Shown here: piece after piece, positions 36,817 to 45,067 of the stretch | Layout: every line of letters starts with the position of its first letter | Position numbering within the stretch: position 1 is the first letter of the stretch | NCBI GenBank assembly: GCA_023150935.1 | Contig: JAKLJW010000012.1 | Coordinates: 22,298-86,297, forward strand | Direction of reading: 5' to 3' | Source: Candidatus Binatia bacterium | GTDB lineage: Bacteria; Desulfobacterota; Binatia; HRBIN30 | Length of the DNA stretch: 64,000 nt | Position numbers and translations under genes: made by a program | Notes under the pieces: generated by a model | Databases searched by the model: none | What the model saw: the letters and a program-made list of their open reading frames with translations, nothing else | Told to the model about the DNA's origin: nothing

Positions 36817-38061
36817 TCATATGTCGAAGCGGAACGGCCACGTTGTACTGACCTGGAGGCGGACGCTGTTGCCGTTAATAGTCTCCCCCGACGTCTGATC
36901 GATGCCGGGTTCGGAGTCGCGCTGGCGGAAGCCGTATATGAATCCGGCGAACACGTCGCGCCACAGGGGATAGAAGAGTCCGATCTGGGTGTTCAACAGG
37001 TAGAAATCGGCACCGGTCGCGTCGAAGTTGGAATACGACAGATAAAACGTTCCGGTTAAACGATCGCCCAATTCGGCCCACGACGCGAGGTAGGTGTTCA
37101 GGGTGACCGAAGCGCCGGCGACGCCGACGCTCGGCGTAACGTTCTGCGACACGCCGGCGGTGACTTGCCAGCCCTCTTGCAGCAATCGGGTAATCGCCAG
37201 GTTGTAGACTGCATTGATGCGTTGGGGAGCGCCGCCTGTCTCGATCGAGTTGTTCAACGAGGCTCCGGCGGAGGCGACGCCGCTCCACATCTCGGAGTAT
37301 TGGTAAGATGCTCCAATGTAGATCGCGTTGCTCTGGCTGTCGGGTGCGTTGGTGTTGTTGAAGCGGGAGTAAGCGTAGGAACCGTTGAAGGTTAACGACG
37401 GGCTCCACTGCCGGCCGAGGGTGACCAAGCCCCTTTGCACCAGGTTCTCGGCGTCCGGATCGGAGAACCAGCCGTAGCCGTTAGTGTACGCCAGGGTGGT
37501 TGTCCACAGGGGTGCAAACGCGTACGCGCCGCTGATCCCGAAGGAGTTGTTGATTGCGCTACCGCGCGGCAGGAAGACGGAGGCATTACCGGGATTGTTG
37601 TCCGAGGGATCGGAAACCGGAGGTGGAGTGGAGATCCCGCCGGGGCTGAGGATGAAGTTGAGGTCGCGAGTGTCCTTAGTGCGAACGAATCCGTCGTTGA
37701 TCCCGAGCGAGAAACGTGGCGTCACCTGGTACGTCGTCGTCAGGAAGAACTGCTGGGCGTCGGCAATGTTGATCTGGCTCTGATCGGTCTGCCTCGCCAG
37801 ATATACGCCGCTCGTGCCGGTGGCCAGCGTTGTGCGCGAGCGCGGGGTTTCGTAAGTCAATCCGAGCCCCAGTCTCACGCGGGTGAGGAAATCCCACTGC
37901 GGGTCCTCCCGGAAGAAGACGTTGTCGGTATACTCCTCGCTAAGGGTGACGCTGGGTATCAGGGTTAGCGGGTCGGCACGCGCCCCACCGAGTGGCCAGA
38001 GGCTGGCCCCAACGAGCAGCCAGAGCCAGGTCGCGGCCTGAAAGCTCGCCGCCACCCTCAT
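36817..38061 (-). CDS. Outer-membrane beta-barrel protein of the PEP-CTERM-locus-associated uncharacterised family (TIGR03016-like)
   Basis: Signal peptide MRVAASFQAATWLWLLVGASLWPLGGARA. Alternating amphipathic beta-strand pattern rich in Y/G/N/S/T. The start ATG at 38061 overlaps the stop of the deacetylase gene (ATGA). The long upstream ORF extension is not coding. Confidence 0.75.
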   Translation of the reverse strand: MRVAASFQAATWLWLLVGASLWPLGGARADPLTLIPSVTLSEEYTDNVFFREDPQWDFLTRVRLGLGLTYETPRSRTTLATGTSGVYLARQTDQSQINIADAQQFFLTTTYQVTPRFSLGINDGFVRTKDTRDLNFILSPGGISTPPPVSDPSDNNPGNASVFLPRGSAINNSFGISGAYAFAPLWTTTLAYTNGYGWFSDPDAENLVQRGLVTLGRQWSPSLTFNGSYAYSRFNNTNAPDSQSNAIYIGASYQYSEMWSGVASAGASLNNSIETGGAPQRINAVYNLAITRLLQEGWQVTAGVSQNVTPSVGVAGASVTLNTYLASWAELGDRLTGTFYLSYSNFDATGADFYLLNTQIGLFYPLWRDVFAGFIYGFRQRDSEPGIDQTSGETINGNSVRLQVSTTWPFRFDI

Positions 38062-38963
38062 CACGGCCGTCCCACCACGCCGACCACCGTACCCGCGAGG
38101 GCGGGCGTTCGCATATCCAGTTCGGTGGCGCAGCCTTTGCGAAAAACGTCTCGCAACGGGGCAAAACGGTGATCGCGCAGCAGCCGCCGCAAGCGGCGCT
38201 CTGTTTGTGCGAGATTGGCATACTGACGCAATCGCGCGGAGGCGCGAGCCGCAAGCCGGGGTTGGTCGACGTCGAACTCCCAGGGGTGCACGTAAACCAT
38301 CGCCGCTGCCCCGTCGACCCGATTGATGCGGCGGATTGCCCAGCGTGTGACGGCATAGGGAAGCAAGCGAAAGTACCCTCCTCCCGCGACCGGCAGGGTC
38401 ATGCCAGCGAAGCGCACCGTCGATGGCGGGATCTCGAGCAACGTTCCCGCCGTGCAGCGGATGCGCACTGGGAATCGGCTGAATCCCGGGATCCCGTAAA
38501 TGTCGTGCCGCACCGGGAAGACGCTGGAGTCCCACTCGAACCCTTCCTCGACCAGAATGTCGAAGGCCCACGGCGTTCCGGCGACAATCGACCAGCTCGC
38601 GGCCCGAAAGCCGGTAACGCGATCCCCGAGGGCCTCCTCGAGGATGCGCTTGCCGCGAACCACATCGGCGCGAAAACCGTCCGCCCCGAGTTTGTAGACC
38701 AGGCGGTGCGCGTAGCCATGCGATGCCACCTCGTGCCCGCGTCGCGCGATGTCGCGCACCAACCCCGGCCAGCGCTCCGCCACCCAGCCGAGGACGAAGA
38801 AGGTCGCGCGCGTATCGAGTTCGTCCAGAAGGTCCAGCACTTTGAACGTGTTGCCCTCGACCCGGTGCGGCAACCCGTCCCACTGCCCCGGATCGACCGC
38901 GTCGTCCATCGCATTGGGATGGAAGTACTCCTCGACGTCGACGGTGAGAGCGTTGACGGTCAT
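38061..38963 (-). CDS. Polysaccharide deacetylase, XrtA/PEP-CTERM-system subfamily (CE4)
   Basis: MTVNALTVDVEEYFH...FFVLGWVAERWPGLVRDIARRGHEVASHGYAH (CE4 NodB motifs). Confidence 0.85.
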   Translation of the reverse strand: MTVNALTVDVEEYFHPNAMDDAVDPGQWDGLPHRVEGNTFKVLDLLDELDTRATFFVLGWVAERWPGLVRDIARRGHEVASHGYAHRLVYKLGADGFRADVVRGKRILEEALGDRVTGFRAASWSIVAGTPWAFDILVEEGFEWDSSVFPVRHDIYGIPGFSRFPVRIRCTAGTLLEIPPSTVRFAGMTLPVAGGGYFRLLPYAVTRWAIRRINRVDGAAAMVYVHPWEFDVDQPRLAARASARLRQYANLAQTERRLRRLLRDHRFAPLRDVFRKGCATELDMRTPALAGTVVGVVGRP

Positions 38964-39125
38964 GGCGCGGCAACCTCGGTCGCCGTTCCGGTGCGATCGG
39001 GCGGCGGGACCCGATGTCGCATGCCGCGGACACCCGATCCCAACCCCCGGCTTTCGCCGGGTTCGGTCTCGCCGCCCTGAGGGCAGGGGGATCCCGGCCA
39101 GCGTCGGAACGGCGCAGGTCGTCCG

Positions 39126-40040
39126 TCAATCGGGTGCGGTTGGACGATCATACCCGTAGCGGCCGTATCGATACTGGTAGTAATCGGACAGGTTACCCTC
39201 GGTGCCGTTGAGGACGATGCCGAGAAAACGCTCCGACCCGAGCATCTCGATCGCTTTTTGCACGGCGGCGCGAGGCGTTATGCCGGCGCGGACGACAAGG
39301 AGGACATGGTCTACGTGACGGGCAAGGACGAGTGGGTCGGCGGTAAGGAGCAGCGGCGGCGCATCCACGATGACGTAGTGTCGCGGGTTGGCCGCCTTGA
39401 TCTCGGTCAGCAACGTTGCCATGCGATCGGAGGCGAGCAATTCGGTCGACAGGCCAGACTCGCGCCCTGCCGGCAGCAGTCGTAGATGTTGGTGTTCGGT
39501 TGCTCGCAAGCATTCGCTCCAGCGTGCATCGCCAAGCAGGCAGTCGGCAAGTCCGTTGCCGCCGCGGATACCAAACCACGAGCCGACGTTAGGACGCCGC
39601 AGGTCGGCGTCTACCAGGATAACTCCCGCTCCGAGACTGGTCGACAGCGCGAAGGCGAGATTGGTCGCGCACAGGGTCTTGCCCTCCTGGTCGAGGGCGC
39701 TGGTGACCATGAACGTACCGAACCCAACTGTTTCGATACGGCTGCGCAGGACACGGAACCGCTCGCCAACAGCGGTGCCCCGACCGGCCTTGAACAACGG
39801 GGTCGGCACGCTTTCCCGTGCCCCCGGGACACCCCTGAGGAGCCACTGGCGGAGACCGGAGCGAAGGCGTTTCCAACGGCCCGAAGCCGGTGGTCGCGTT
39901 GGCGGTACGGGGGCGGGCGACGTCGGGACAGGAAACGGCGAAACCGGGGTCGGTGCCCCCTGGGGCGCCGTGAGGTCGCCGAGATGGCGGGCATCGGCTT
40001 CACGCTGGGCCTTGCGGAGCGCTTCGAAGATTTCACTCAT
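39126..40040 (-). CDS. BY-kinase cytoplasmic ATPase (PEP-CTERM-locus tyrosine autokinase, EpsG-like)
   Basis: Walker A TSALDQEGKT, Walker B VIVDAPPLL, and a C-terminal tyrosine cluster YYQYRYGRYGY. Confidence 0.85.
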   Translation of the reverse strand: MSEIFEALRKAQREADARHLGDLTAPQGAPTPVSPFPVPTSPAPVPPTRPPASGRWKRLRSGLRQWLLRGVPGARESVPTPLFKAGRGTAVGERFRVLRSRIETVGFGTFMVTSALDQEGKTLCATNLAFALSTSLGAGVILVDADLRRPNVGSWFGIRGGNGLADCLLGDARWSECLRATEHQHLRLLPAGRESGLSTELLASDRMATLLTEIKAANPRHYVIVDAPPLLLTADPLVLARHVDHVLLVVRAGITPRAAVQKAIEMLGSERFLGIVLNGTEGNLSDYYQYRYGRYGYDRPTAPD

Positions 40041-40170
40041 GAGTCACTAGAGACGGAATCCGTCACCCCGGTGAAAGCCGGGATCCAGACTCCACAGTGC
40101 CACGTTCCATCCGACTCTGGGTGGCGGCTTTCGCCGGGATGACGGGCGAAAGCCGCATGGCCTGACCAGC

Positions 40171-40197
40171 CGGCCCGGCGGGAGCCTCGCCCTCCCC
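40171..40197. repeat. Half-copy of the REP-like element (CGGCCCGGCGGGAGCCTCGCCCTCCCC), preceded by a 12-bp-stem hairpin at about 40113-40146
   Basis: Matches the right arm of the 23169-23235 palindrome. The adjacent GCGGCTTTCGCC-GGGATGACG-GGCGAAAGCCGC hairpin was read directly. Confidence 0.6.
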
Positions 40198-40211
40198 ATC
40201 TTGACGACGGC

Positions 40212-41723
40212 TCAGTACAAGAACTTCGCATATAGGATCTGGGTCGCCAGGCCGATCACCAGCGCAGCGACGCTTGCCGCGACGACGGTCAGCCGGTATA
40301 CGCGTCGGCGTTGCCTGACTTCGGGAGTCTCCACCTGCGGGATCGCCGCGAGAACCGTAATGCCGGTGCCGACGAGCTCCTCGGCCGATCGGTATGACGA
40401 GTCAAGTTGCCAGAGCAGGATCGGGATAGCGATTGCCAGGGCAAGGCTCAGGGCGGAGCCGGCCGCCAACAGCACCGGGCGATTCGGCTTCAGCGGCGCC
40501 TGCGGGCGACTGGCCGGGTCGAGCACCCGAAATCGTTCTGCCTTCTGCCGGCGTTCGAGGCTTTGCGAGAGTTGCGCCTCCAGTTTCTTGTCGAGTAGTC
40601 GCTGGTACTTGTCGCGGGTCACGTCGTAATCGCGGGTGATTTCTTTGAGCTCCTGCTCGCGTACGAAGGCGTTCTCGACCCGCTGTTGATAGGCCTCGAT
40701 CGCCTGCTTCAACCTTGCCTCTTCTTCTTGCAGCCGTCTCACCTCGCCTGCCGTTTGCGCAACCGCCTGGGCAAGCTCCGGCGCCACGGGTCCCGCGGTG
40801 ACCCCGTCGCCCCGGCCGGTGCGGAGCTCCGCACGCAGGCGATTGATCTGGTTCAACGTCTGCGTGACGTCGGGGTGGTTGTCCGTATAGCGGCTGCGAA
40901 GATCGCTCAGCTCGGTTTCGAGTTGGCGCAGGCGAGCGGCCGGGCTCAGTGCCGCCCCCGGCGCTCCACCGGGCCCGGGGAGCGGTGGACGAAAGGCCTG
41001 GGCGTCGGCCACCTGCCTGTCCAGTATGAGCTTACGTTCCATTGTTGCCGACAGTGCCGAGCTGGTAGTTTGCAATTGCTGTCGGTACCCCTCCAGGGCG
41101 TGCATGTTCGCATCGCGCTGCTCGGGGAGTTCGCCCATGTAACGCTGCTTGAACGTCTGTATTTTGGTTTCCTGTTCGCCGAGCTGCTTGCGGACCTTCT
41201 CCAGCTCGGCCTCGAGGAATTCCGTCGTTCCGCTGGCGTGCTCCTCGCGAATGCGCAGGTTCTCGTCGATGTAAAGGGCGGCGAGCCGTGCGGTTACCTG
41301 CTGCACCACGGGAGGGGCCATACCCTCGTAAGAGATGCGGAAGGCGTTGTCCGACGGGTACACCTGCACTTTGACCTTACGCCGCATAGTATCGACGATC
41401 GATTCCATCGGCATGCCGGAGACGCGGAGCTCCTTGTACAGATCGAGGTCCTTGATAATTCCTTCGAGCCGGGTGCGACTGAGGACTTCCTGGTTCATCG
41501 CCTGCAGCCGCTTCTCCAGCAATTGCGTCACCGTGGCCTTCACGTATGCCTCCGGGACGTTCTGCGGTTCCACCATGATGAGAGTGGTCGACTGATACAT
41601 GTTGGGGAGCGAGTACACGACCGTACCCGTGAGCAGCAGGCCAACAAGCAGTGTGCACACCGCTACGAGGCGGTAGCGAAAGACCGCATTGGTGTACTCG
41701 AGGATGGGCAACGTGGTGGGCAT
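40212..41723 (-). CDS. Polysaccharide chain-length determinant protein (Wzz/PCP-2a periplasmic module, PEP-CTERM locus subfamily)
   Basis: N-terminal TM LVAVCTLLVGLLLTGTVVYSL, an extended coiled-coil periplasmic region, and a C-terminal TM LTVVAASVAALVIGLATQILY. Confidence 0.85.
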   Translation of the reverse strand: MPTTLPILEYTNAVFRYRLVAVCTLLVGLLLTGTVVYSLPNMYQSTTLIMVEPQNVPEAYVKATVTQLLEKRLQAMNQEVLSRTRLEGIIKDLDLYKELRVSGMPMESIVDTMRRKVKVQVYPSDNAFRISYEGMAPPVVQQVTARLAALYIDENLRIREEHASGTTEFLEAELEKVRKQLGEQETKIQTFKQRYMGELPEQRDANMHALEGYRQQLQTTSSALSATMERKLILDRQVADAQAFRPPLPGPGGAPGAALSPAARLRQLETELSDLRSRYTDNHPDVTQTLNQINRLRAELRTGRGDGVTAGPVAPELAQAVAQTAGEVRRLQEEEARLKQAIEAYQQRVENAFVREQELKEITRDYDVTRDKYQRLLDKKLEAQLSQSLERRQKAERFRVLDPASRPQAPLKPNRPVLLAAGSALSLALAIAIPILLWQLDSSYRSAEELVGTGITVLAAIPQVETPEVRQRRRVYRLTVVAASVAALVIGLATQILYAKFLY

Positions 41724-41735
41724 GGAGGAGTGGAA

Positions 41736-42335
41736 TCAGGGGACTACTACAGTGTCGTCCGGTTGCAGCACGAGGTCAGGTTCTCGGCCGGAGACGATGG
41801 CGTCATAGTTGACGTCGAGCGGTGCTGCCGCACCGGCGCGGACGACGCGGATGTCGTTCCGGTCGGCGAAGTCGCTAAAACCCCCCGCCACGGCAATCGC
41901 CTGAACGAGGGTCTGATTGGGCCGCAGGTCGTACGTGCCCGGGGCTCGGACGTTGCCGCTAATGAAAAAGCGCCGGCTGGTTGTATTGAGCCGCACAACG
42001 ACGTTTGGGCTGTCGATGTACTTCACCAGTCCCTGACGAATGGTTTCGCTGAGCTGCTCGGGGGTCAATCCGGCGGCCTGAACGTCTCCGAGTAAGGCTA
42101 CCGTGATCTTCCCGTCCGGTCGCACCTGCACGGGACCGGAAAGCTGCTGCTCGCGCCAGACGATCAGTTCGAGTTGGTCCCCGGGGAGGATTTCGTATGG
42201 ATTGCCTGCCGGGGCTTCGGGTGGCCTGGGCGCACGCGAAGCCGCGCAGCCGATTCCCAGCGCTAGGATGGCGCCCATAGCTCCGCCCATGACCATCCAC
42301 CGGCATCGCATTCTCCGGCGTGGTTGCTCCATCGT
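41736..42335 (-). CDS. Polysaccharide export outer-membrane lipoprotein (Wza-like, PEP-CTERM-system export type)
   Basis: Lipobox ILALGIGCAA. Poly_export motif YEILPGDQLELIVWRE. SLBB-like C-terminus. Confidence 0.8.
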   Translation of the reverse strand, partial: TMEQPRRRMRCRWMVMGGAMGAILALGIGCAASRAPRPPEAPAGNPYEILPGDQLELIVWREQQLSGPVQVRPDGKITVALLGDVQAAGLTPEQLSETIRQGLVKYIDSPNVVVRLNTTSRRFFISGNVRAPGTYDLRPNQTLVQAIAVAGGFSDFADRNDIRVVRAGAAAPLDVNYDAIVSGREPDLVLQPDDTVVVP

Positions 42336-42507
42336 TTCTCCCTCGCAGCCGGCGCATGCTCCAACGATCGCCGACGGTCTGACGACGCAGCCCGGGAGCG
42401 AGCCCGGCCTGTCCACGATTCACACACTAGCGGACTTTTGCGGCCCTCGCACTCGCAAAGGCGCGATTCCGCAACGGGGTTGTATTACTCCGGAGAGTAA
42501 ACGGGAA

Positions 42508-43905
42508 TCAGCGGCTTCCCCATCCGAACAGGATGATCTTCACCGTCCGCAGCAGGATGAAGAAGTCCATCAGGGTCGACAGGTTCTTTACGTAGTAGAG
42601 ATCGTACTCGAGCTTGCGCCGGGCGTCCTCCACCGTCGCTCCGTAAGGGTAGTTGACCTGGGCCCAGCCGGTGATGCCGGGTCGAACCGCGTGGCGGTAA
42701 TCGTAATAGGGGATCACTGACTGCAGCATGCCGACAAACTCCGGCCGTTCGGGCCGTGGCCCGACGAATGACATTTCTCCACGGATCACGTTCCACGCCT
42801 GCGGGATCTCGTCGATGCGCAGCGACCGCAACCACCGTCCCAACCACGTCACGCGCGGGTCGTCGACCTCCGCCCACTTCGGTCCGGAGTCCCTCTCTGC
42901 ATCGATGCGCATGGAGCGAAACTTGTACAAACTGAAAAGGGTGCCGTTGATGCCAACGCGGGTTTGGCGGAAGAGAACGGGGCCGCCGTCGCCGAGCTTT
43001 ATCGCGGCGGCGACCAGCGCCGCTACGGGCGCAGTGACCACCAGCACGCCTCCGGCGACGATCAGATCGATCAGCCGCTTCAGAAAACGGCTGCCGCGCG
43101 AGCGTACGAATCCTTCGGAGAAGATCAACCACCGGGGGCTGAGGTCGGCCAGGAAGATCCGCCCGAGCAACCGCTCGTAAAAGGTGTGTCCGTCGAGCAC
43201 CTCGAAGCCCTGCGCCTTGCACGTCAGGAGGTCGTCTACCGGCAGCATATCGCCGACGTCCGCCGTCGCCACCAGGATGCGGCTGATGCGGCGCGTGGCG
43301 GCGAAGTCGGCTAATTCCCTCGACGCAATTACCGGCAGCGGGGTCAGAGTACCGCCACGCCGCGATCCTAGAGGAATCGTGCCGATCTCCTCGGGGCCTA
43401 CGAAACAGCATACCTCCTGAGCCAATTCCGAGCGCCGGGTGATCTCCTGAGCGAGTCGCCGGCCCTCCGGTCCGGTGCCGACGATGGCAACGCGGCTCGT
43501 CAGGCCAAGCCGCACCAACACGCCGTCGATATGGGTACGCACGCCCAGAACGAACCCCGTCGTTGCCGCCAGGTGCAGCAAAATCAGGTCGGAGCTGAAC
43601 TCCAGCCAGTGGGTGAACAGGAGAAGCGCGGCGAACACGATTGCCAGCACACTGAAGGTGCGGATCGACGCCGAGATCAGCTCGCGCCGGACCTGCATAT
43701 GCTCGAAGTTGTAAAGATCGCAATAGTAGAAGCTGGCCAGGTATAGGACCGCGGCGAAACCGACCTGCTGCGCCAGTTGAGCGAGGTTCAAAGAGGACTG
43801 CTGAAGGGTGCGCTCCAGTGCGAACAGGACCGCCAGGCTGAGCAGTATCCAGGCCGTCTCGACCAGGACGATCGTTACGCTGCGGGGCGACAGATGGCGG
43901 ATCAT
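42508..43905 (-). CDS. Undecaprenyl-phosphate sugar phosphotransferase (exopolysaccharide initiating enzyme, WbaP/EpsB-like)
   Basis: N-terminal TM bundle. C-terminal bacterial sugar transferase domain LFRQTRVG.NG..F..YKFRSM...DEIPQ..NV..G.MS.VGPRP. The start is ATGA-overlapped with the exeA-like stop. Confidence 0.85.
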   Translation of the reverse strand: MIRHLSPRSVTIVLVETAWILLSLAVLFALERTLQQSSLNLAQLAQQVGFAAVLYLASFYYCDLYNFEHMQVRRELISASIRTFSVLAIVFAALLLFTHWLEFSSDLILLHLAATTGFVLGVRTHIDGVLVRLGLTSRVAIVGTGPEGRRLAQEITRRSELAQEVCCFVGPEEIGTIPLGSRRGGTLTPLPVIASRELADFAATRRISRILVATADVGDMLPVDDLLTCKAQGFEVLDGHTFYERLLGRIFLADLSPRWLIFSEGFVRSRGSRFLKRLIDLIVAGGVLVVTAPVAALVAAAIKLGDGGPVLFRQTRVGINGTLFSLYKFRSMRIDAERDSGPKWAEVDDPRVTWLGRWLRSLRIDEIPQAWNVIRGEMSFVGPRPERPEFVGMLQSVIPYYDYRHAVRPGITGWAQVNYPYGATVEDARRKLEYDLYYVKNLSTLMDFFILLRTVKIILFGWGSR

Positions 43906-44816
43906 TCGACGCCCCCGAGGGCGTGTCCCGGCACCGCTATCAAGGGGCCGGACTCGCCCGGCCGTCGGTGCGGTCCGCGCAGCAATTGCCACAGCCCCAC
44001 CCGCGCCACCGCAACCAGACCGAGGTCGCTCACGACGCCGGCGACGTGTTCGGGGCCGATTTGGCGGCGGTCCCGCACGAAACCCGCGAGCAGAGCATGA
44101 TCGCAGATGACATTGATGAGTCGCGGTGTGCCGCCGCTGAACCGGTAGACCGCCACGAAGGTTGCTGGCAGGAAGAGGTCCGGCTTTCCGCCGGCCGCCT
44201 GCACCCGTGACCGCATGTACGCCACCGTCTCCGCGAAAGTCAGAGGGCCAAGCTGAAACCGCAGCGCGATGCGTTGGCGCAATTGGCGCAGGTCGCGGGC
44301 CTCCAGGCGAGCGATCAGCTCGGGTTGCCCCACCAGCACGACCTGGAGGAGCTTCGCCTGCGAGGTCTCGAAATTCGACAGCAGGCGCACCTCTTCCAGC
44401 ACCTCGGCAGGAAGGGCGTGGGCCTCGTCAAGCACCACGACGACACGGGTGTCCGCGGCGAACTGTTCCAGAAGGAACGTATTGAGGGCCCGAATGGCGC
44501 CCAGTACCGTCGCCTGCTCGGGCAGCCGGAACTCGCTCAGCAGGTGCGCATAGAGTTCGGCTCGCGACAACCCGGGGTTGAAGAGGATCGCCGTACGCAC
44601 CCGGGAACCCAGTTCCGCGAGGATGGCGTGGACCAGAGTCGTCTTACCGGTGCCGACCTCGCCCGCCAGAACCGAGAATCCCTTGCGCTCGTCGATGCTG
44701 TGCACGAGGCCCGCCAGGGCCTCCCGGTGGCGCCGACTGAGGAAGAGGAAACGCGGGTCCGGATTCAGTGTGAACGGCGCGGCGCGGAAGCCGTAAAAGT
44801 GGTCGTACAATGCCAT
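43902..44816 (-). CDS. ExeA-like AAA+ ATPase (putative secretion ATPase, PEP-CTERM locus subfamily)
   Basis: MALYDHFYGFRAAPFTLNPDPRFLF...LAGEVGTGKTTL (P-loop)...VVVLDEAHAL. Confidence 0.8.
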   Translation of the reverse strand: MALYDHFYGFRAAPFTLNPDPRFLFLSRRHREALAGLVHSIDERKGFSVLAGEVGTGKTTLVHAILAELGSRVRTAILFNPGLSRAELYAHLLSEFRLPEQATVLGAIRALNTFLLEQFAADTRVVVVLDEAHALPAEVLEEVRLLSNFETSQAKLLQVVLVGQPELIARLEARDLRQLRQRIALRFQLGPLTFAETVAYMRSRVQAAGGKPDLFLPATFVAVYRFSGGTPRLINVICDHALLAGFVRDRRQIGPEHVAGVVSDLGLVAVARVGLWQLLRGPHRRPGESGPLIAVPGHALGGVE

Positions 44817-45067
44817 GTTGGCAACGAATGGTTGACGTGCCTGCCGGGGCTTTCTTTCCTGGAGGCTCGAATAGCCAGGGGTACCGGTTTCCCCACCGAT
44901 AGCTCGCCGCGTCTGCCCACGCGAATTGCTTTCCAGCACATAGGTGCCCCCCGGGCATCGGATTTGGGCCTCATGTTTCGTTGTCGGCGATGCGAAGTCA
45001 AGCGCCTAATACGCTGCTACGGGCAGATAAGCGCTGATTCCGAGTGCGTGGTGGCAAGAAGGCGTCT

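Noticed and set aside
44817-45067. Sigma-54 promoter upstream of the exeA-like/EPS operon (GGCACGTCAACCATTCGTTGC)
   Set aside because: The GG...GC spacing is 18 nt instead of 11, so it does not fit the -24/-12 architecture.
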